Source: Dudresnaya verticillata (taxonomy: Eukaryota). Taken from it: a stretch of 64,000 nucleotides of DNA. The position numbers and the translations under genes were made by a program. Position 1 is the stretch's first letter, and the number at the start of each line of letters is the position of its first letter. The notes beneath the pieces were generated by a model. The model saw only the letters and a program-made list of their open reading frames with translations. It did not search any database and was not told the DNA's origin. Positions 49,887-63,500 of this stretch are shown here, in pieces. The stretch is taken from positions 1,612,001 to 1,676,000 of the forward strand of contig OZ374559.1 of NCBI GenBank assembly GCA_977862235.1, written 5' to 3'.

Positions 49887-50486
49887 ATGAAGTCCTTCAG
49901 AACCATTCTTATTCTCTCTGCAACCGTTTTGTTGTTCGCCAGTCTGGCTTATTGTGCAAAGGTTGAGCTCAAAGAAGATGTCAAGGACAAAGCCGAATCT
50001 GACAAACTCATTGACGAAAGTAAGAGAGACATCGAACTAGATACCGGTAATGCCCTGGAGGCCGGTGTCGAGCTCAAGGGAGATGTGAAGGCAAGCAAGG
50101 CGACGGACACCGTTCTGGACCATGACTCCAAGATGGCCAGAATAGACACATCTGAGAAGGTTCCAGGCAGTCCCTACAGAGGTGCTTTCATCCTATGCGA
50201 AGGTAGAACTCCAGTTTCCTATCTCACAACTATCAGGACTCGCTCCATGGAGCTCCTTGCGGGCTACCGTGGCTCGTGCAGCTACAAGACTGTGGCCGGG
50301 GATGGACAGTTTAACCACGCTGCTCTGTGGAAGGGATCCTTCACTGGAATGGATTTCTACTACGAGCGCCTTATCAACTGCGGCACTGGACAGGCTTGCG
50401 TGTACCGCCGTACTGCTAGCACTACTGTTCCGATCTACTGTTGTTCCAGGTTTTACGAGGCGCACGTTGTGACTTTTGGCATCTAA
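49887..50486 (+). CDS. Secreted Cys-rich prepro-protein, copy 7 (long type, 199 aa)
   Basis: ATG at 49887 (MKSFRTILIL); intact ORF; TATATAA at 49787. Confidence 0.9.
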   Translation: MKSFRTILILSATVLLFASLAYCAKVELKEDVKDKAESDKLIDESKRDIELDTGNALEAGVELKGDVKASKATDTVLDHDSKMARIDTSEKVPGSPYRGAFILCEGRTPVSYLTTIRTRSMELLAGYRGSCSYKTVAGDGQFNHAALWKGSFTGMDFYYERLINCGTGQACVYRRTASTTVPIYCCSRFYEAHVVTFGI

Positions 50487-52271
50487 GCATTTCATTCATC
50501 AGAAGCTGCCTGAAGTCTCTTTCTGGACGAACAGGTAAACTAGTTAGCTCTGACTGGGGATTGCTTCTAGAGCTCCTTCCTGTTCTTGATGTGTAAGTCT
50601 ATTAATAAAGTTGGGAGATCCCTTTAGCCCTGATCAGCATGGCTGTCCTAATTGTGAAATCTTTATGGGAGATTAGTCAGGCCCAATAGCTCCAGATGAG
50701 TAGAAGCAACGTACTCCGAATACATTCGAGAAGACGTAACGATACAATACAACTCTGGCTTCCTCCAGACGGAGATAGATACCCTTGTTGCAACTAAACA
50801 GGGGCCCCAAGTAAGCAAATAAGAAGGCCCGAAAAGCATAGGTGCAGTTCTACGAATAAGCTGCAGTAGTTAGCATAATGCATGAGCAGTGAGTGAATAG
50901 TAGCGGATGGCATAGAAGACGAGGCGGGGATAGAGAGACTTTGATTTGTCGGTGCAGGAAGGATGGAGTGTCATGGACGGAACGTCTACAATTACCGCAG
51001 TGAAGTTGCAAATGCGCCCATTAGCCTTGTGCCACACTAGCAGAAATGTAGCAGTAAACTATTATTGTTCGTTTAGCTCCATAAAGAGTAGACTCCGTTT
51101 CTGTACTCCGCTCTGCTTTTCCTGGCTGCCAGACTTGGATTTCGCAAAAGGCGTGGTATGGTTAGTAGAGAAGAGTCCCGCTTTTCTCCTGGACCGACCT
51201 CGTGATTGCTATATTTTATGTGGGGTTTGGCTCCACAGCTCTGTGTGACGCCCAGCACCTCATCTCCTCGTCAACAGTGTGGACGAATACTGTAAGCCAT
51301 TGCTCAGCGCTGAAAAATGTAAAAGGAACACCCTGTCCCATACGCCACAAGCGTGGAAGGCGATGCAACGGGCTTTTGATCAAGGGGGAGACCCCGTGAC
51401 CGTCAGCCAGAAGAGGAGTGAGAAGGGAACACTGTGCTGGGAAGAAGAAAAAAGACCAACTATGTTCTGCGGTGGTCTCTGGAGGTCGCTTCGCCGAATA
51501 GGAGCATGGCCAGAGAGCCTGGACTTTGAGGCACGATGCCCGAGTCCGAGTGGCACAGCCGTGGGCCGGCCGCTGGCAACCCCGTCGAATTGCGGCGGGC
51601 AGTAAACTGACCTCGGGCGCGCGACGCGCGATTGCAGCACCGAGGTGTTTCCGTTCTTCCTGTGCGAGCGCGATTGCGTTCGCGGAGCGTTAGCGTGCGA
51701 ATCTCTTTACTTTGAACAAACGCGGATTGTCACAACTGCAATTCGTGTGCTGAAAAGGAAATGAAGAGTTTACGGTGGTATACTATTCACTTTCTCTACC
51801 TAATACCTGTGGTACACTGACTAAAAGGAGGGATGAACTTGAATGGACGAGTTAACGTGCGCGTGGGCGGGAGGGAGAAAGGATGAACTTACCGCGGGAA
51901 GCCCCTCTGGTTCCCGGGGGGGTTCTTAATAAGTGCAGTACTTCGCTCAATATTTAGCGTTCCGGAGAGGAATGCAGCAGTGATGTTGTTCTTTAATTGT
52001 TGTTTATAGTGGTCCTACGCGGGCAGCTTAGGCCCATGTGTAGGCGCACTTGAGGGTCTGCAAAAAAAGGGGCTCGTGGACTTATGTATATATGTTTTGT
52101 TGCGTGCTGTGGGACTATGGGCTATCTTTGACGAGGGCACAGTGTGGCGGTGGGGGGCGGGGGGTGGATGATCTTGTGTGTATAGTCGGCGGATTTTGTC
52201 AATGGCGGTGGAGATAGCCGTAAGGTCCGAGGGGCTGTTCGCGGGGTGTGACAATTTTTGAAGGACTACGG

Positions 52272-52900
52272 CTAGTTCACGAAGTTCTGAACGTGTGACT
52301 GCGCAAGAGGTGGAATTGGGAAGGTGCCAAGATGCCACCGAACCGCAAGCTTACGGTCGCGGTGGTTAGAAAGCCTGCGCGCGGTGGGCAGGGACGATGT
52401 ATTTTGGACTGGAGCAGACCGCCGGCCTGCGACGGCAGAATTCCACGCGGCAAGGATCCGCGCCTGGATGACAGGATTGGTTGATTGGTGATGCGGTATC
52501 TGTTTCTTATTAATGTGGAACAAGGTCGTCGTCGCCCTTCCCCTGTGTCGCGAGGGTAGTATGATCGAGCATTTGGGTACCGACCACTGCATTCCGAATG
52601 AATTGGCCCATTCATCGCACACAGCAAGAGCAATTCGGAGCTGAGATGGGGAGGACACATGTAGGAGACAGTCATCCGCGAAGAGGCGGCCAGGCAGGTT
52701 AGCATCCGATCTGTTGCGTTGGGTACAGAGTTTGTACGCGAGGACGTCAATAAAGAGGTGGAAAATTATTGGGCTTAAGGGTGAGCCCTGTACCACGCCC
52801 CTACGGATTTAGCCGTAGGTACCAGTAGCGTCCCCAATCGTGCTAATGCGTAAGGGTCCGAGAAGCGTGGTGATGATCGTAACTAGATGCGGGGGTAGCT
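52272..52900 (-). pseudogene. Non-LTR (LINE-type) reverse transcriptase fragment
   Basis: RRGVVQGSPLSP, LFADD, GMQWSVPKC motifs; internally deleted. Confidence 0.8.
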
Positions 52901-53357
52901 GATCCGCGTGTGGTGCAAGGGGAGGGCTGCCCCTTTTTCGCTCTGATCGTATTATATCGAGTGTCAAAGGTTCTTTACATGGTTGAAAAGGTAGACAGTA
53001 GATAGTGACCTTGCGGAACGTCCCAAAAGAGCAATATTAATGCAATACCAGGATATCAGTAATCAGTTGAAGTGTCAACGCTCTGAGTACAATGCTAACA
53101 GAGCACTCTAGCGGCAGCAGTCAGTGTCACACCCGCACTCTCGCTGCAACGCTAACAAAATATTACCGTCCAGAGAGGAGAGACGAAACAGGAGAGTTCT
53201 TTCAAAGATGGACCGGAGAGTTCTTCCAAAGATGAACCGGAAAGATATTCCAATTTACGGGTACATAAGCCTTCGGCCTCTCTGATCCCAGGCAGTCGAG
53301 ACAAGTTCTTCCTTTTCTCAACCCATCGTTGAGAGAAAGGTATACGCTCATTTCCGG

Positions 53358-53984
53358 GTGGGAACGGTTTCTACACTAAAGACAGATAACGCTGTTACAT
53401 CGAACAATGCCTTCCCCTCCAGTATTATCAAGGCTGCCGAGGCCGAAGATTACGGGAAGGTTATTAATCATATGCTGGCTGGCCGTCTGGCTGGTCGTGC
53501 ACAACTGTGGCCACGTGCAGAGCTTATCCAACCCCACGAGCCCAGTTATTTCAAGCCCGGCACAAACCTGTACCGTGATACACTCAAGAAAGATCGACGC
53601 AATGGGGAAGAATTGGAGTATATCCATAGTACAGGCGCATGGTTGGAGCAGGGACTGGCCGCATTACACCTTATCAAGAGTGCGGAAAGTCTGGAAGAGC
53701 AGGGCCGCCTTCTCTTCCTTCTTGAGGAATCATTACTGGCAAGTAAAGAAATCCTTGCAATGCGGACTTCACATTTCCATGCAATCATTACGAAACGTCC
53801 CGCTATGGCTCGACAACTCGCTGACCTTGTCGAGACTAAAATCGAAGCCGGCCATGAGCAGATTGAATCCGCAACCTATTCGGCAGTATACAAGGAACTC
53901 TCAGCTAAATATGTATGGGAATCCGCCAAGCAACTGGCTAAACTCGATTTATCCACAGGCAAAGAGGCGGGTGATAAAAAATAG
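53358..53984 (+). CDS. Putative gag-like ORF1 of the DIRS-type element
   Basis: Position upstream of RT; helical, protein-like composition; start uncertain. Confidence 0.55.
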   Translation: MGTVSTLKTDNAVTSNNAFPSSIIKAAEAEDYGKVINHMLAGRLAGRAQLWPRAELIQPHEPSYFKPGTNLYRDTLKKDRRNGEELEYIHSTGAWLEQGLAALHLIKSAESLEEQGRLLFLLEESLLASKEILAMRTSHFHAIITKRPAMARQLADLVETKIEAGHEQIESATYSAVYKELSAKYVWESAKQLAKLDLSTGKEAGDKK

Positions 53985-53999
53985 CCATTCAGGAACCAC

Positions 54000-56038
54000 A
54001 ACGCCCGCATACGTGGAGTACTCACGTTGGGCAGATACCCAGCGTTGTGCAGAGTCTTGGAGGTCCATCGGGGTGTCAATGTTTATTGTACGGTGTCTCA
54101 CATATGGTATCTGGGATCCCCCGGAGCGCCCAATCTTGAAGGGGCAAGTACTGGGCACAGTACCTCAAAACGAAGAAGATCTTATATTTGGCAGCAAAGA
54201 ACTGCAAGAAGGTTGTTCACGGGGCACATATCAAGAGATAAGTCACTCCTATGCTATGGCGCAAGTACAAAAAGGCTGTTACGTATCATCAGCATTCGTG
54301 GACTGGTCAAAGGGCAAAGGAAGATTTATCATAAATCTCAAAAGACAATCTACTCATTGGGACAAGCGGTCAGTAGTAATGGATACCCTCAGTTCATTCG
54401 GGGCTTGTTTGACCAAAGGAGACCGAATGTTGTCCTTCGATTGGAAAGAGGGCTACAGACATATGCGACTGCACCCCCGTATGTGGAATTGGTTCCTGTT
54501 CCGGTACAATGGCAAATTCTACCGCTGTATAGCGCTTCCCTTTGGCTGGACAAGGTCACCATACTGGTTTTGTCACATTTTGCGTCCCCTCACTCGATAC
54601 ATGAGTTCTGCACTCCATTGTCGAGTGCTGCAATGGATAGACGATTACTTTCTAGTACCTGGAACCTGGAACCGGAAAGGTCCCAAGCACAGCTCAAGAT
54701 TGTGTGCAGCTATGTGCTGTATTGGATGTGTTATTCCCCAAGTTGGGACTTCTGCGGCATCCCCAAAAAGGCGTCTGGGACCACGGTACTACACGACTAG
54801 AACACCTCGGACTTGTCATAGACACTGTAGAGTTTCGGTACTTCATTACAGACGAGAAGCTTTCCAAACTGCAAGGGATGGCCCGGGATCTGCTGAGGAA
54901 TGCGGCACGTTCCAGACGCTGGGTGAAAGAAAGTCTACTACGAACCTTCACCGGTACGGCTATTTCTCAATTGGTTCCGCTTCCCCTTGCCCGTTTCTTC
55001 ACTCGTGCGCTCTACGACGATTTAAAAGCCGCCCAGGTCCGTCGTGGACGTTACCCGGAACAGAGTATTCGTCTTTCCAACGCCGGAAGACGAGATCTAC
55101 AAGCTTGGAGCACTATGCTAGCGGGGGATGGGCGACTAATTTGTGGAGGGATGAAATCCTGGAATCTACACACCGATGCAGCAGATGTAGGTTACGGAGG
55201 CACTTTGGGTTCAAACATGGCTCCCGGGTCCGCAGGAGAGGTGGAGGTACAAGCTGTTTGGTCCCCTTTTCTACGCATACAGTCCATCACAGTACGAGAG
55301 TTGACAGCCGTAAGGAAGACTCTGGAAGCCGATCTTATTCAAGCCAAACTATGCGGCAAGAAGGATACAGTCTTACTCCACGTGGACAACATGGCCGTGT
55401 TTCATATAGTCAACAACATGTTGTCGTCCAATCCGGTGCTCATGTGCGAGCTTCGCCGTCTCCACTGCCTGCTCCAAGAAATGAAGATCACCCTGAAAGC
55501 CTCATGGCTTCCATCAGCTCTGAACCGACATGCAGACCGACTCAGTCGGACCTGGCAGACGGGCGACCTAGCCGCAACACCTTCACTGATCGACTCATTA
55601 GCCAAATCACTCCAGTTGCAGACAGTTCGACGATACTGGCCTCTCAAAGATTCACCCGCCGCCCGGGCGAAAACTATGAAAGCCCAGTTCCAGGAACATT
55701 GGGGAGACGGTATGAGCCGCCTTTGGAACCCTCCTCCAGAATGGATAGCTCTCACATTGCTCAAGATCGATTCCGAGCACGCACACGGCGTCATTCTAGT
55801 CCCTCACTGGACCGGAGCGAGTTGGTACAAGCTATTGCAGCGAATCTCGTTGTCGTCCCGCGTCATAGAACCAGGGACCGAGTTGCTCTTCAGCTCCGCG
55901 TCTGCAAACCCCTCTTGGGCCCTCCAACTAGCCGAAGTGGGCTATCGGCCCAAAACGCGGTCAGCCTTGCCATCGCTTCTCGCCTCCCCGACACTTCTGC
56001 CGCTAGAGCAAGTCTTCGACTCGCCTCAAACGCCCTGA
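54000..56038 (+). pseudogene. DIRS RT-RNase H-MTase, frameshifted (start approximate)
   Basis: 7-bp tandem duplication CCTGGAA at 54658-54671 breaks the frame. Confidence 0.8.
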
Positions 56039-56991
56039 GTACCGCAACTGATAGCTCTAAGTCCAGCCAATGGAGCAAGTTCCAAACATTTTGCACTTCA
56101 GAAGGTCACACAGCTCTACCGGCTGATGTGGGTACAGTCTTAGCCTATCTTGGGTTCCTTTTCGAAGAAGACAGGGTCCATTCTAGCTCCTTGAACCACT
56201 ACATGTCCGCCATTCGTACAATGCATACTCGAGCCGGATATACAGACCCCTGCACAGGACAAAGCCAGCGCGACCTACTTAGAGCCTTTAGAAGGCAGGA
56301 TGATGCTCGTGGTACCCTTCAAGACGTCCGTGCGGGTATTCCAGCATCTGTTATTTGGAGAATCCGCAACTACGGTTTGGCACAACCAATCGACAGTTCA
56401 AGTGCGCGTGACGCCTCCCTTATTGAGTTCCAATACCTTCTTTCATGGCGTGAATCTTCAGGCCGGACGATTCAAGCACAAGACATAACGGTTCAAACTG
56501 TCGGTTCCTCACTCCCATCAACTCGTGTTCAGCTTTCCGCACGCCCTCGCACGCTCAAGGGACATCCTACCCGCGGGCAGCCATCATCTTCTATATTTTG
56601 TAATGGTACCGGTGCTGCCAACCCACTAGCATTGCAATTGCGGTACTACACCCATCGGAATACGGCTGCACCTCATGAATTATACTGGTCACATCAGGGA
56701 GATGTTCCGGACTCACAACATGTCACCAATGCCCTACAGCGTATTCTAGTGGTACTTCAAGTTGTACCCCCACCGTTTTGTTTCTACGCTTCACATAGTC
56801 TTCGCAGTGGTAGTGTCACTGCACTAATTCTCACCGGAGTACCGCTTCCCGTTATAGTTCAAAGAGGTCACTAGTCAAACGACCGGATGGTTATCAACGT
56901 TTACTTTGACGGCCGCATCCGTCAAAGCCCGGAAATGACGCTTTATTTCTGGTCGCTACTACCTTCGTCGCAGCTCCCGCCCCCGCAGTAA
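55940..56991 (+). pseudogene. Tyrosine recombinase with premature stop (start approximate)
   Basis: YASHSLRSG..RGH*SNDRMVINVY; TAG at 56872-56874 precedes the likely catalytic Tyr. Confidence 0.8.
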
Positions 56992-57545
56992 CATCGCTCG
57001 CTCAGAGTTGGAATTTCATCGAGTGTCAAAGGTTCTTTACATGGTTGAGAAGGTAGACAGTAGATAGTGACCTTGCGGAACGTCCCAAAACAGCAATATT
57101 AATGCAATACCAGGATATCAGTAATCAGTTGAAGTGTCAACGCTCTGATTACAATGCTAACAGAGCACTCTAGCGGCAGCAGTCAGTGTCACACCCGCAC
57201 TCTCGCTGCAACGCTAACAAAATATTACCGTCCAGAGAGGAGAGACGAAACAGGAGAGTTCTTTCAAAGATGGACCGGAGAGTTCTTCCAAAGATGAACC
57301 GGAAAGATCTTCCAATTTACGGGTACATAAGCCTTCGGCCTCTCTGATCCCAGGCAGTCGAGACAAGTTCTTCCTTCCCGCCCTCCCGCCCTTAGCACCT
57401 TTGCCTTCTCCAACAAGTTCTAGCCTTTTCTTTCTAATCTAACAGCCACATGCGAGTGTCTATGACTCATGTGAGACCCATCTACATATCTCTGTCATTA
57501 GTCTAGTGAATGAAGCTCTCCCAATAAAGCTTTCATTTCTTTTCA

Positions 57546-60500
57546 TGCCAACGTCTACCGACGGCACGTCAACCGCCGTTGGCGCGCGAACACGTCATGG
57601 ATGATTGGCCCACGGGCATACGGCCGCCGTTACCCCGCGCGGCGCGGCGCACGCGCACACTGTACGGCCAGATCCGGATGCATCATCCCGATCGGCCAGG
57701 CGCAAGGCGCACGCCTGTAAGCTTGGCCCGGATCCGGATCGGATCCGGATGGGACATCGGGATCCGGCATCGGGATCCACAGTGATGTAAGGAGCGCGCC
57801 TGTAATGGCCGCGCGCCAGCAATGCTGGCGGGGATCTGGATCCGAATCCGGATCTCCCGCACTGTTACACGCATGCGCCTGTAAGTCACCCATTACTCGC
57901 ACGCACGCCTGTAAGCTACTCCTGAGCTCCCGCGCACGCGGCTGCATGGCGACGACGACGTGTCAGACACTCGACGGCGCGACACGCGTCCTGAGTTCCC
58001 GCGCACCGCACCCGCCGCCGTCGCTCACATAGTATATTAGGTAATCCGTCTGAGACGCTGAGTAAACCCCGGACAAGCCGGCCTTGGTCCAGACTTCCCC
58101 GTTCCGCACGCGCGTACCCTACCGCTGCCTACGGCTCAAGCGTCTACCTCCCGTGCTTTCACGTCTATCACCGTCCTTGACGTGTTTCCTTTCTGTTCCC
58201 TTTTTCCTTCCTTTCCGCCTCGGGCGTCTACAGTCCGCCCAAGGCGTGTCCTCTGCTCTACCACAAGTCGTCCAAGGCGAGGCTACTCACCGCCATGGGC
58301 TCAGTTACCCACCGAGCCCCGAACTGCTCGGCGGTATACCGTCCTCCGACGTTTGCACCACATCTGGTCTCCCGACCTAAAATTGTGCTACGTTTCAACG
58401 AGTTACTCCGTCGTGCGACGTCCGACTTTCCGTCTTCAGACGTTCGTCGATAATCGTGCACGACGTTCAGGCAACTCTACGACTGCATCATGGCCTCACG
58501 ACCGCCACCGTCGCGAGGCCCAAGTTCAAGAAGACCGTCTTCGACGCCTGGGAGTGTACCCGCGTCAGAACGGTCGCTACAGCGGATGACAACGAGGTCT
58601 GGGCGCCTCGTGAGCCCCGAGATCACGTCGGCGTTCCCGACGCTACCCCCGGGCCACGGCCGCGCAGGCTCCCACGCGTCGCTCAACGGAGGAGAGTTAC
58701 CTCCCCCGCCGACGCGCATCCCCGTCGTCGTCCGCATCACAGTCCCCGAGGGATCGGCCCTCCGCACCTACCGCTCCTACGTTGACTCGGCTGATACAGT
58801 ACAAGCCGAGCAACAGGACGTCGTAGACGGAACACAAGCCGACATCGTCGAGGGACAACCGGAACTTCCGGATCAACAAACAATCCCCGTCAACGAGGAT
58901 CAAGGGCGCTCCGCGGAGCGCAACGTCGCTGACGACCCATTGACACCCGGGGCATGTTTCCCCGCTCCCCACGGCAGTGCCGGTTGTTCGCCGGCTAAGC
59001 CGAAGTCGCCAAGCCAAAGGGCGCAAGAAACGCCCGACCGGTCAAACCGCGAAAGCCAACCGCCAACGGCGTCACCTTCGGCCGTCCGCGTGAGTAACGT
59101 AACGATACCACGTGAACGGATCCGAGAGGTGTGCGTCTTGGAAGACGATGCGATGCTCGCTAGGTTCGCCGGGTTGCTGGACGACAGTGTCGGAGGAATC
59201 GTAAGTCGTCTACAGACGTTGGAAGAGGATCGGGACGGCGCCCTGCAAGGGCTTCGCTCCGATCTCGACCGTCTATTGACGAACCAAAACGCCCAAGGCG
59301 AGGGTACACAACCACCGCCAGCAGTAACGGTTCATTCGCATTCTGAGCTTAGCTCACGTGAACGCTTTCAGCGACTGGCGACTCGCTTAGAGCGTCTCGA
59401 AACCGCCAAGTGGCGCAACGGTCCACCGTCGGGTGACGAGAGTTCGTGCGAAGATCGTCACAGACGCAAGGATCGGAAGAGACGCCGCCGAAAGCTGCGT
59501 CATAGACGGAAGAAGAACGGTAATCGACGTGGGGACTCATCCTCGTCCTCTTCGGACTCATCCAGTGACGGAGAGTCATCCGACTCTTCTTCTGAAGACG
59601 ACGACTTCCCAGCTCTCGGCAGTGCCGCAAGACCTCGCGGAAAGCGGTTCAAGGGGGTGAAGGAGCTACGCCCCTCCAACCCCCTTTTCGATCAGTTATT
59701 ATCGTACAGGACTTACCGTCTCAAAGACGTAGGGCAAAAACGCTCAGGGCGCGATACGGGTAAGGTTAAGGACCATATTAAGCGCCTGGAGCTGACCATG
59801 AAGGATGCCGCCTTCAACGGCAGCGACCCCGTCATGGTCCTGGAGTTCCTGACGCGTTTCGCGGATGAAGCCGATACGCTGGAAATGAGCCAAGCCCAAG
59901 CGTTCGTCGCACTGCCTTACTTCTTGCGAGGTACGGCAGCCACGCAATTTCGTTCCGTCAAGTCGACGTCTTCTCGCCATCGCGGCGGGGTGTCCTCGTA
60001 TCCGGAGGCGGTACAGTACCTCCTCCGTACGTATGCTACGGCAGCGGCGATCAGGGACGCTGTCCTCACCCTACGGTCGACTGTCTAGAAGCAAGGCGAG
60101 GACGAGACGACCTATGGGATGCGGCTAGCCGGTGCGTGTATCCGTTGCGGTAACGTATATCCCGATTGGGAAAAGATGACGCTTTACATCGACGGGTTGG
60201 ACCCATCCGTCAGGTCCCTGGTCGCTCGCTTCCGAGAAGAAACGCCAAGGGCGGAGTTGCCATTTGAGCGGCTGGTCCACTTCGCACAGGACGAAGGGGA
60301 TTCCAACCGCGCACGACACGGCAGGGCCGGTTCCGCTTCAGCACGACGTGACCTACTGACACCGGCTCAAGCCGTACGCACATCGTGACCCGGCATCGGC
60401 GATGCCCGAGGTGTACTGCGTCCACAGACGAGAGGCGCAAAGCCTGGAGCGCGCGCTATGATAGCGGAGTCCTCCGTCGAGTTCCGAGACGTTAGCCGCC

Positions 60501-63500
60501 CTGTCGATGACATGGAAACACACGCTGAAGGCGACCTCTACGTGGCAGACGAGCAAGCGTCGGTGCCAACTTCGGCTCTACCGACGGACAGTTACGTCGA
60601 TGACGAAGACGCGAGGGACATGGACCCCGCTCTCGCCTTTGGGACCGCTTCGTCGAAGCAATATATCCGCGAAGTCGCGAGGTTGAATTGGATGACGGGA
60701 CTCGTGTCCCTATAACGCGCCGCCCGCTGCGCCGACCCCCGTCGTATCCTCCGTTACCAAAGGAACAGGAATACGGCAAGGCCGAAGGAAGGACATCGCC
60801 CAAGATCCGAGTAACCGAGCGCGCGATCATCCCGCCTAAGGCGCAGCAGTGGGTATCGGTGACCACCGAGCGTGCCGGCATCATCACAATTCAACCGTCC
60901 GGAACGCTGTACGACAGACAAGGCCTGGCCGTTACGAATGGGATTGCTCAAGTGGAGCCGCTAAAAGCGTTTCGCATTCTGGTTGCCAACTTCTCTCCCC
61001 GCCCGCAGGCGCTGGCCAAGGGCCAAGTCGTCGCGACGGCGTTACCACATCCGACAGCAGTGTTCCCCAGTCACTTAAATCTAGCCGATGTTTTGGGCCT
61101 CACAGAGGAACAGGCCGAGGAAGAGAAGGCAAACCAAGATTTCCGTTTTCAAACGAACGATAACACTGTGGCACAGTCGGATACTTTCGCGAAGTCTATC
61201 GAGGCAAGCACTGCCAAGCCTCCGTCATTAGACGATTTGGACCTGGGGCATCTCCCCGCCGAGCATCAAGGCCGGCTTAAGGAGATGTTACGCAAATATT
61301 CGTCGATGTGGGACGGTTCGTTGGGAGAAATCTCAACCACGGAGCACTACATCGACTTGCTTCCCGGCTCTAGATCTATATCGTCCCCAGCTTACCGAGC
61401 GGGGCTGAAGCAAAGAGAACTCGCTCAAGCGGAAGTGAACCGCATGCTGCGCCAAGGGGTTATCGAACCCGCACAATCGCCGTGGGCGTCATCAGTGGTC
61501 TTCGCCCCCAAGAAGGACGGGACCCTCCGCTTTTGCGTAGACTACCGTCGTTTAAACGCAGTAACCATACGGGACACGTACCCGCTCCCGCGTATCGACG
61601 AATGCATTGACAGTCTAGGAGAAGCAAACGTCTTCACCACCCTAGACTGTAACAGTGGGTACTGGCAGGTGCCGATCAATCCGCGAGACCGCGATAAGAC
61701 TGCGTTCACGTGCCACGCCGGACGTTTCCGCTATAAGCGTATTCCATTCGGTCTCACGAATGCACCCGATACGTTTCAACGAACTTTGGACATACTTCTC
61801 GCTGGTTACGAGTGGCGTTCGTGCCTCGTCTACCTCGATGACGTAATAATCTTCTCCAGTGACATCGAAAGTCACTTCCGTCATGTTGACGAGATCCTTT
61901 CGACATTGCACCGCGCCGGGGTGACTCTGAAGTTGACCAAGTGTGACTTTTTCACCCCGACCGTCAACTACTTGGATCACGTCATACGTCCAGGACGGTT
62001 AGAAGTTGACCGAACTGTCACCGCCGCGCTACGCGAAGCCAAGTATCCACCGGACCAGAAGGAGCTACGGAGTTTCCTCGGTCTTTGTAACGTCTACAGA
62101 CGGTTCGTCTCGCGATAAGCGCATGTCGCTGCCCCCCTCAACAAGTTGCTGAGGAAGGAACAGGACTTCCGGTTACAACCGTTTGACGAGACACAAGCCA
62201 AAGCGTTCAGTACGCTCGTCGAGGCCGTGACTCATCCGCCTATACTGGCGCTACCACAGCAGGGTCTCCCCTATTCCGTCGATTGTGACGCAAGCGAGTA
62301 TCAGGTCGGCTGCGCTCTCTTTCAAACGCAGCCCGACGGGGAGCGTAAGCCACTCGGCTTCTGGTCCCGCTCGCTCATCGCTCCAGAGCGTAACTACTCG
62401 GTCTCCGAAAAGGAGTGCCTCCCAGTAGTATGGTCCGTCATGACGCTGCGACCTTACCTCCAGATGGAGTCATTCACAGTCCATACGGACTATTCGTCAT
62501 TGAGGTGGCTGATGGAAACCAGCGACCCCTCTGGACGGTTAATGCGGTGGCGTCTTCGCCTTTACGAGTTCGACTTTGTCGTGAAGTACAAAAAGAGGTA
62601 CCTGAATACTCAGGCAGATGCCCTTTCGCGTCTACAGACGAAGGGAGAAACCGTCGAGCCCATTGACGATGATATACCATGCTATCACGGAAGCTACGTC
62701 TAAGATGGCCATCAGACGTCACAAGACGATCTGTCACACGCCGAAGGCGAGGTCGACTTCGCCGAACGAGAGTTCGAAGAGTTCGACCAAGTGTCGATTA
62801 ACAACACGCCACCGGCGAATGAGGTACTCCTTCGTCAAGTAACGCACGAAGAGTTGGTACACGCCCAGGGCAATGACCAATACTGTAACGACATCAGGAA
62901 GCGTCTGGATGACGGGATCATCTTACCGTTCGCAACGGATGAACAGGGCATGTTGGTCCGAACAGTGGAAGTCCGCCCACAAGTGGTCGTACCCTCCGCA
63001 TTACGCGCTCGCCTACTCCACCTCCGGCACCACGCCAAGTTGGCAGGGCACCCAGGGGGCGTAAGTTGTATCATACGCTTCGACGCGAATACTATTGGCC
63101 ATCGATGCCAGTGGACTGCTACGCGACTGTCCGCAACTGCGTAACCTGCGCTAAGAACCGCGTATTGCTGCGAAAGAACACCAAGCAATTGAAGTTATTC
63201 CCGGCAACCGAGCCTCTTGAGTTCGTATCGATCGACATCCTGGGCGAACGCATACGCACGAAGCGAAGAAACAAGTTCCTACTCGTCATTGTGGACCGCT
63301 TCTCGAAGCTGGTCCGGACGGTCCCACTACGTAGTATTACGGCATTGGAAATCGCTAAGGCGTTTGTACTACATTGGGTCTTCGTATTCGGACCCCCCAC
63401 GAAATGTTTGTCCGACAACGGACCACAGTTTGTGGCTAAGTTGTTCCAGGATATCTGCCGTCTTTTGGGGGTGGACAATATCTTCACCACGACGTACCAT

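Larger units (their letters stand above)
52956..57376 (+). mobile_element. Tyrosine-recombinase retrotransposon (DIRS order, PAT-like direct repeats)
   Basis: 359-bp direct repeats 52956-53314 and 57018-57376, no TG..CA ends or TSD seen; ORF1, RT (LPFGW, WIDD), RNase H (TDAA, RELTA, VDN, ADRLSR), MTase-like WNPPP..VILVPHW, YR (HSLRSG). Confidence 0.9.

Noticed and set aside
53407..56874. 1155-aa ORF as a novel RT-recombinase fusion protein
   Set aside because: Explained by a 7-bp duplication joining two normally separate frames; it also ends at a premature stop.
57660..57860. GGATCC-rich repeats as a CRISPR-like array
   Set aside because: Irregular, no unique spacers, and inside a probable LTR.
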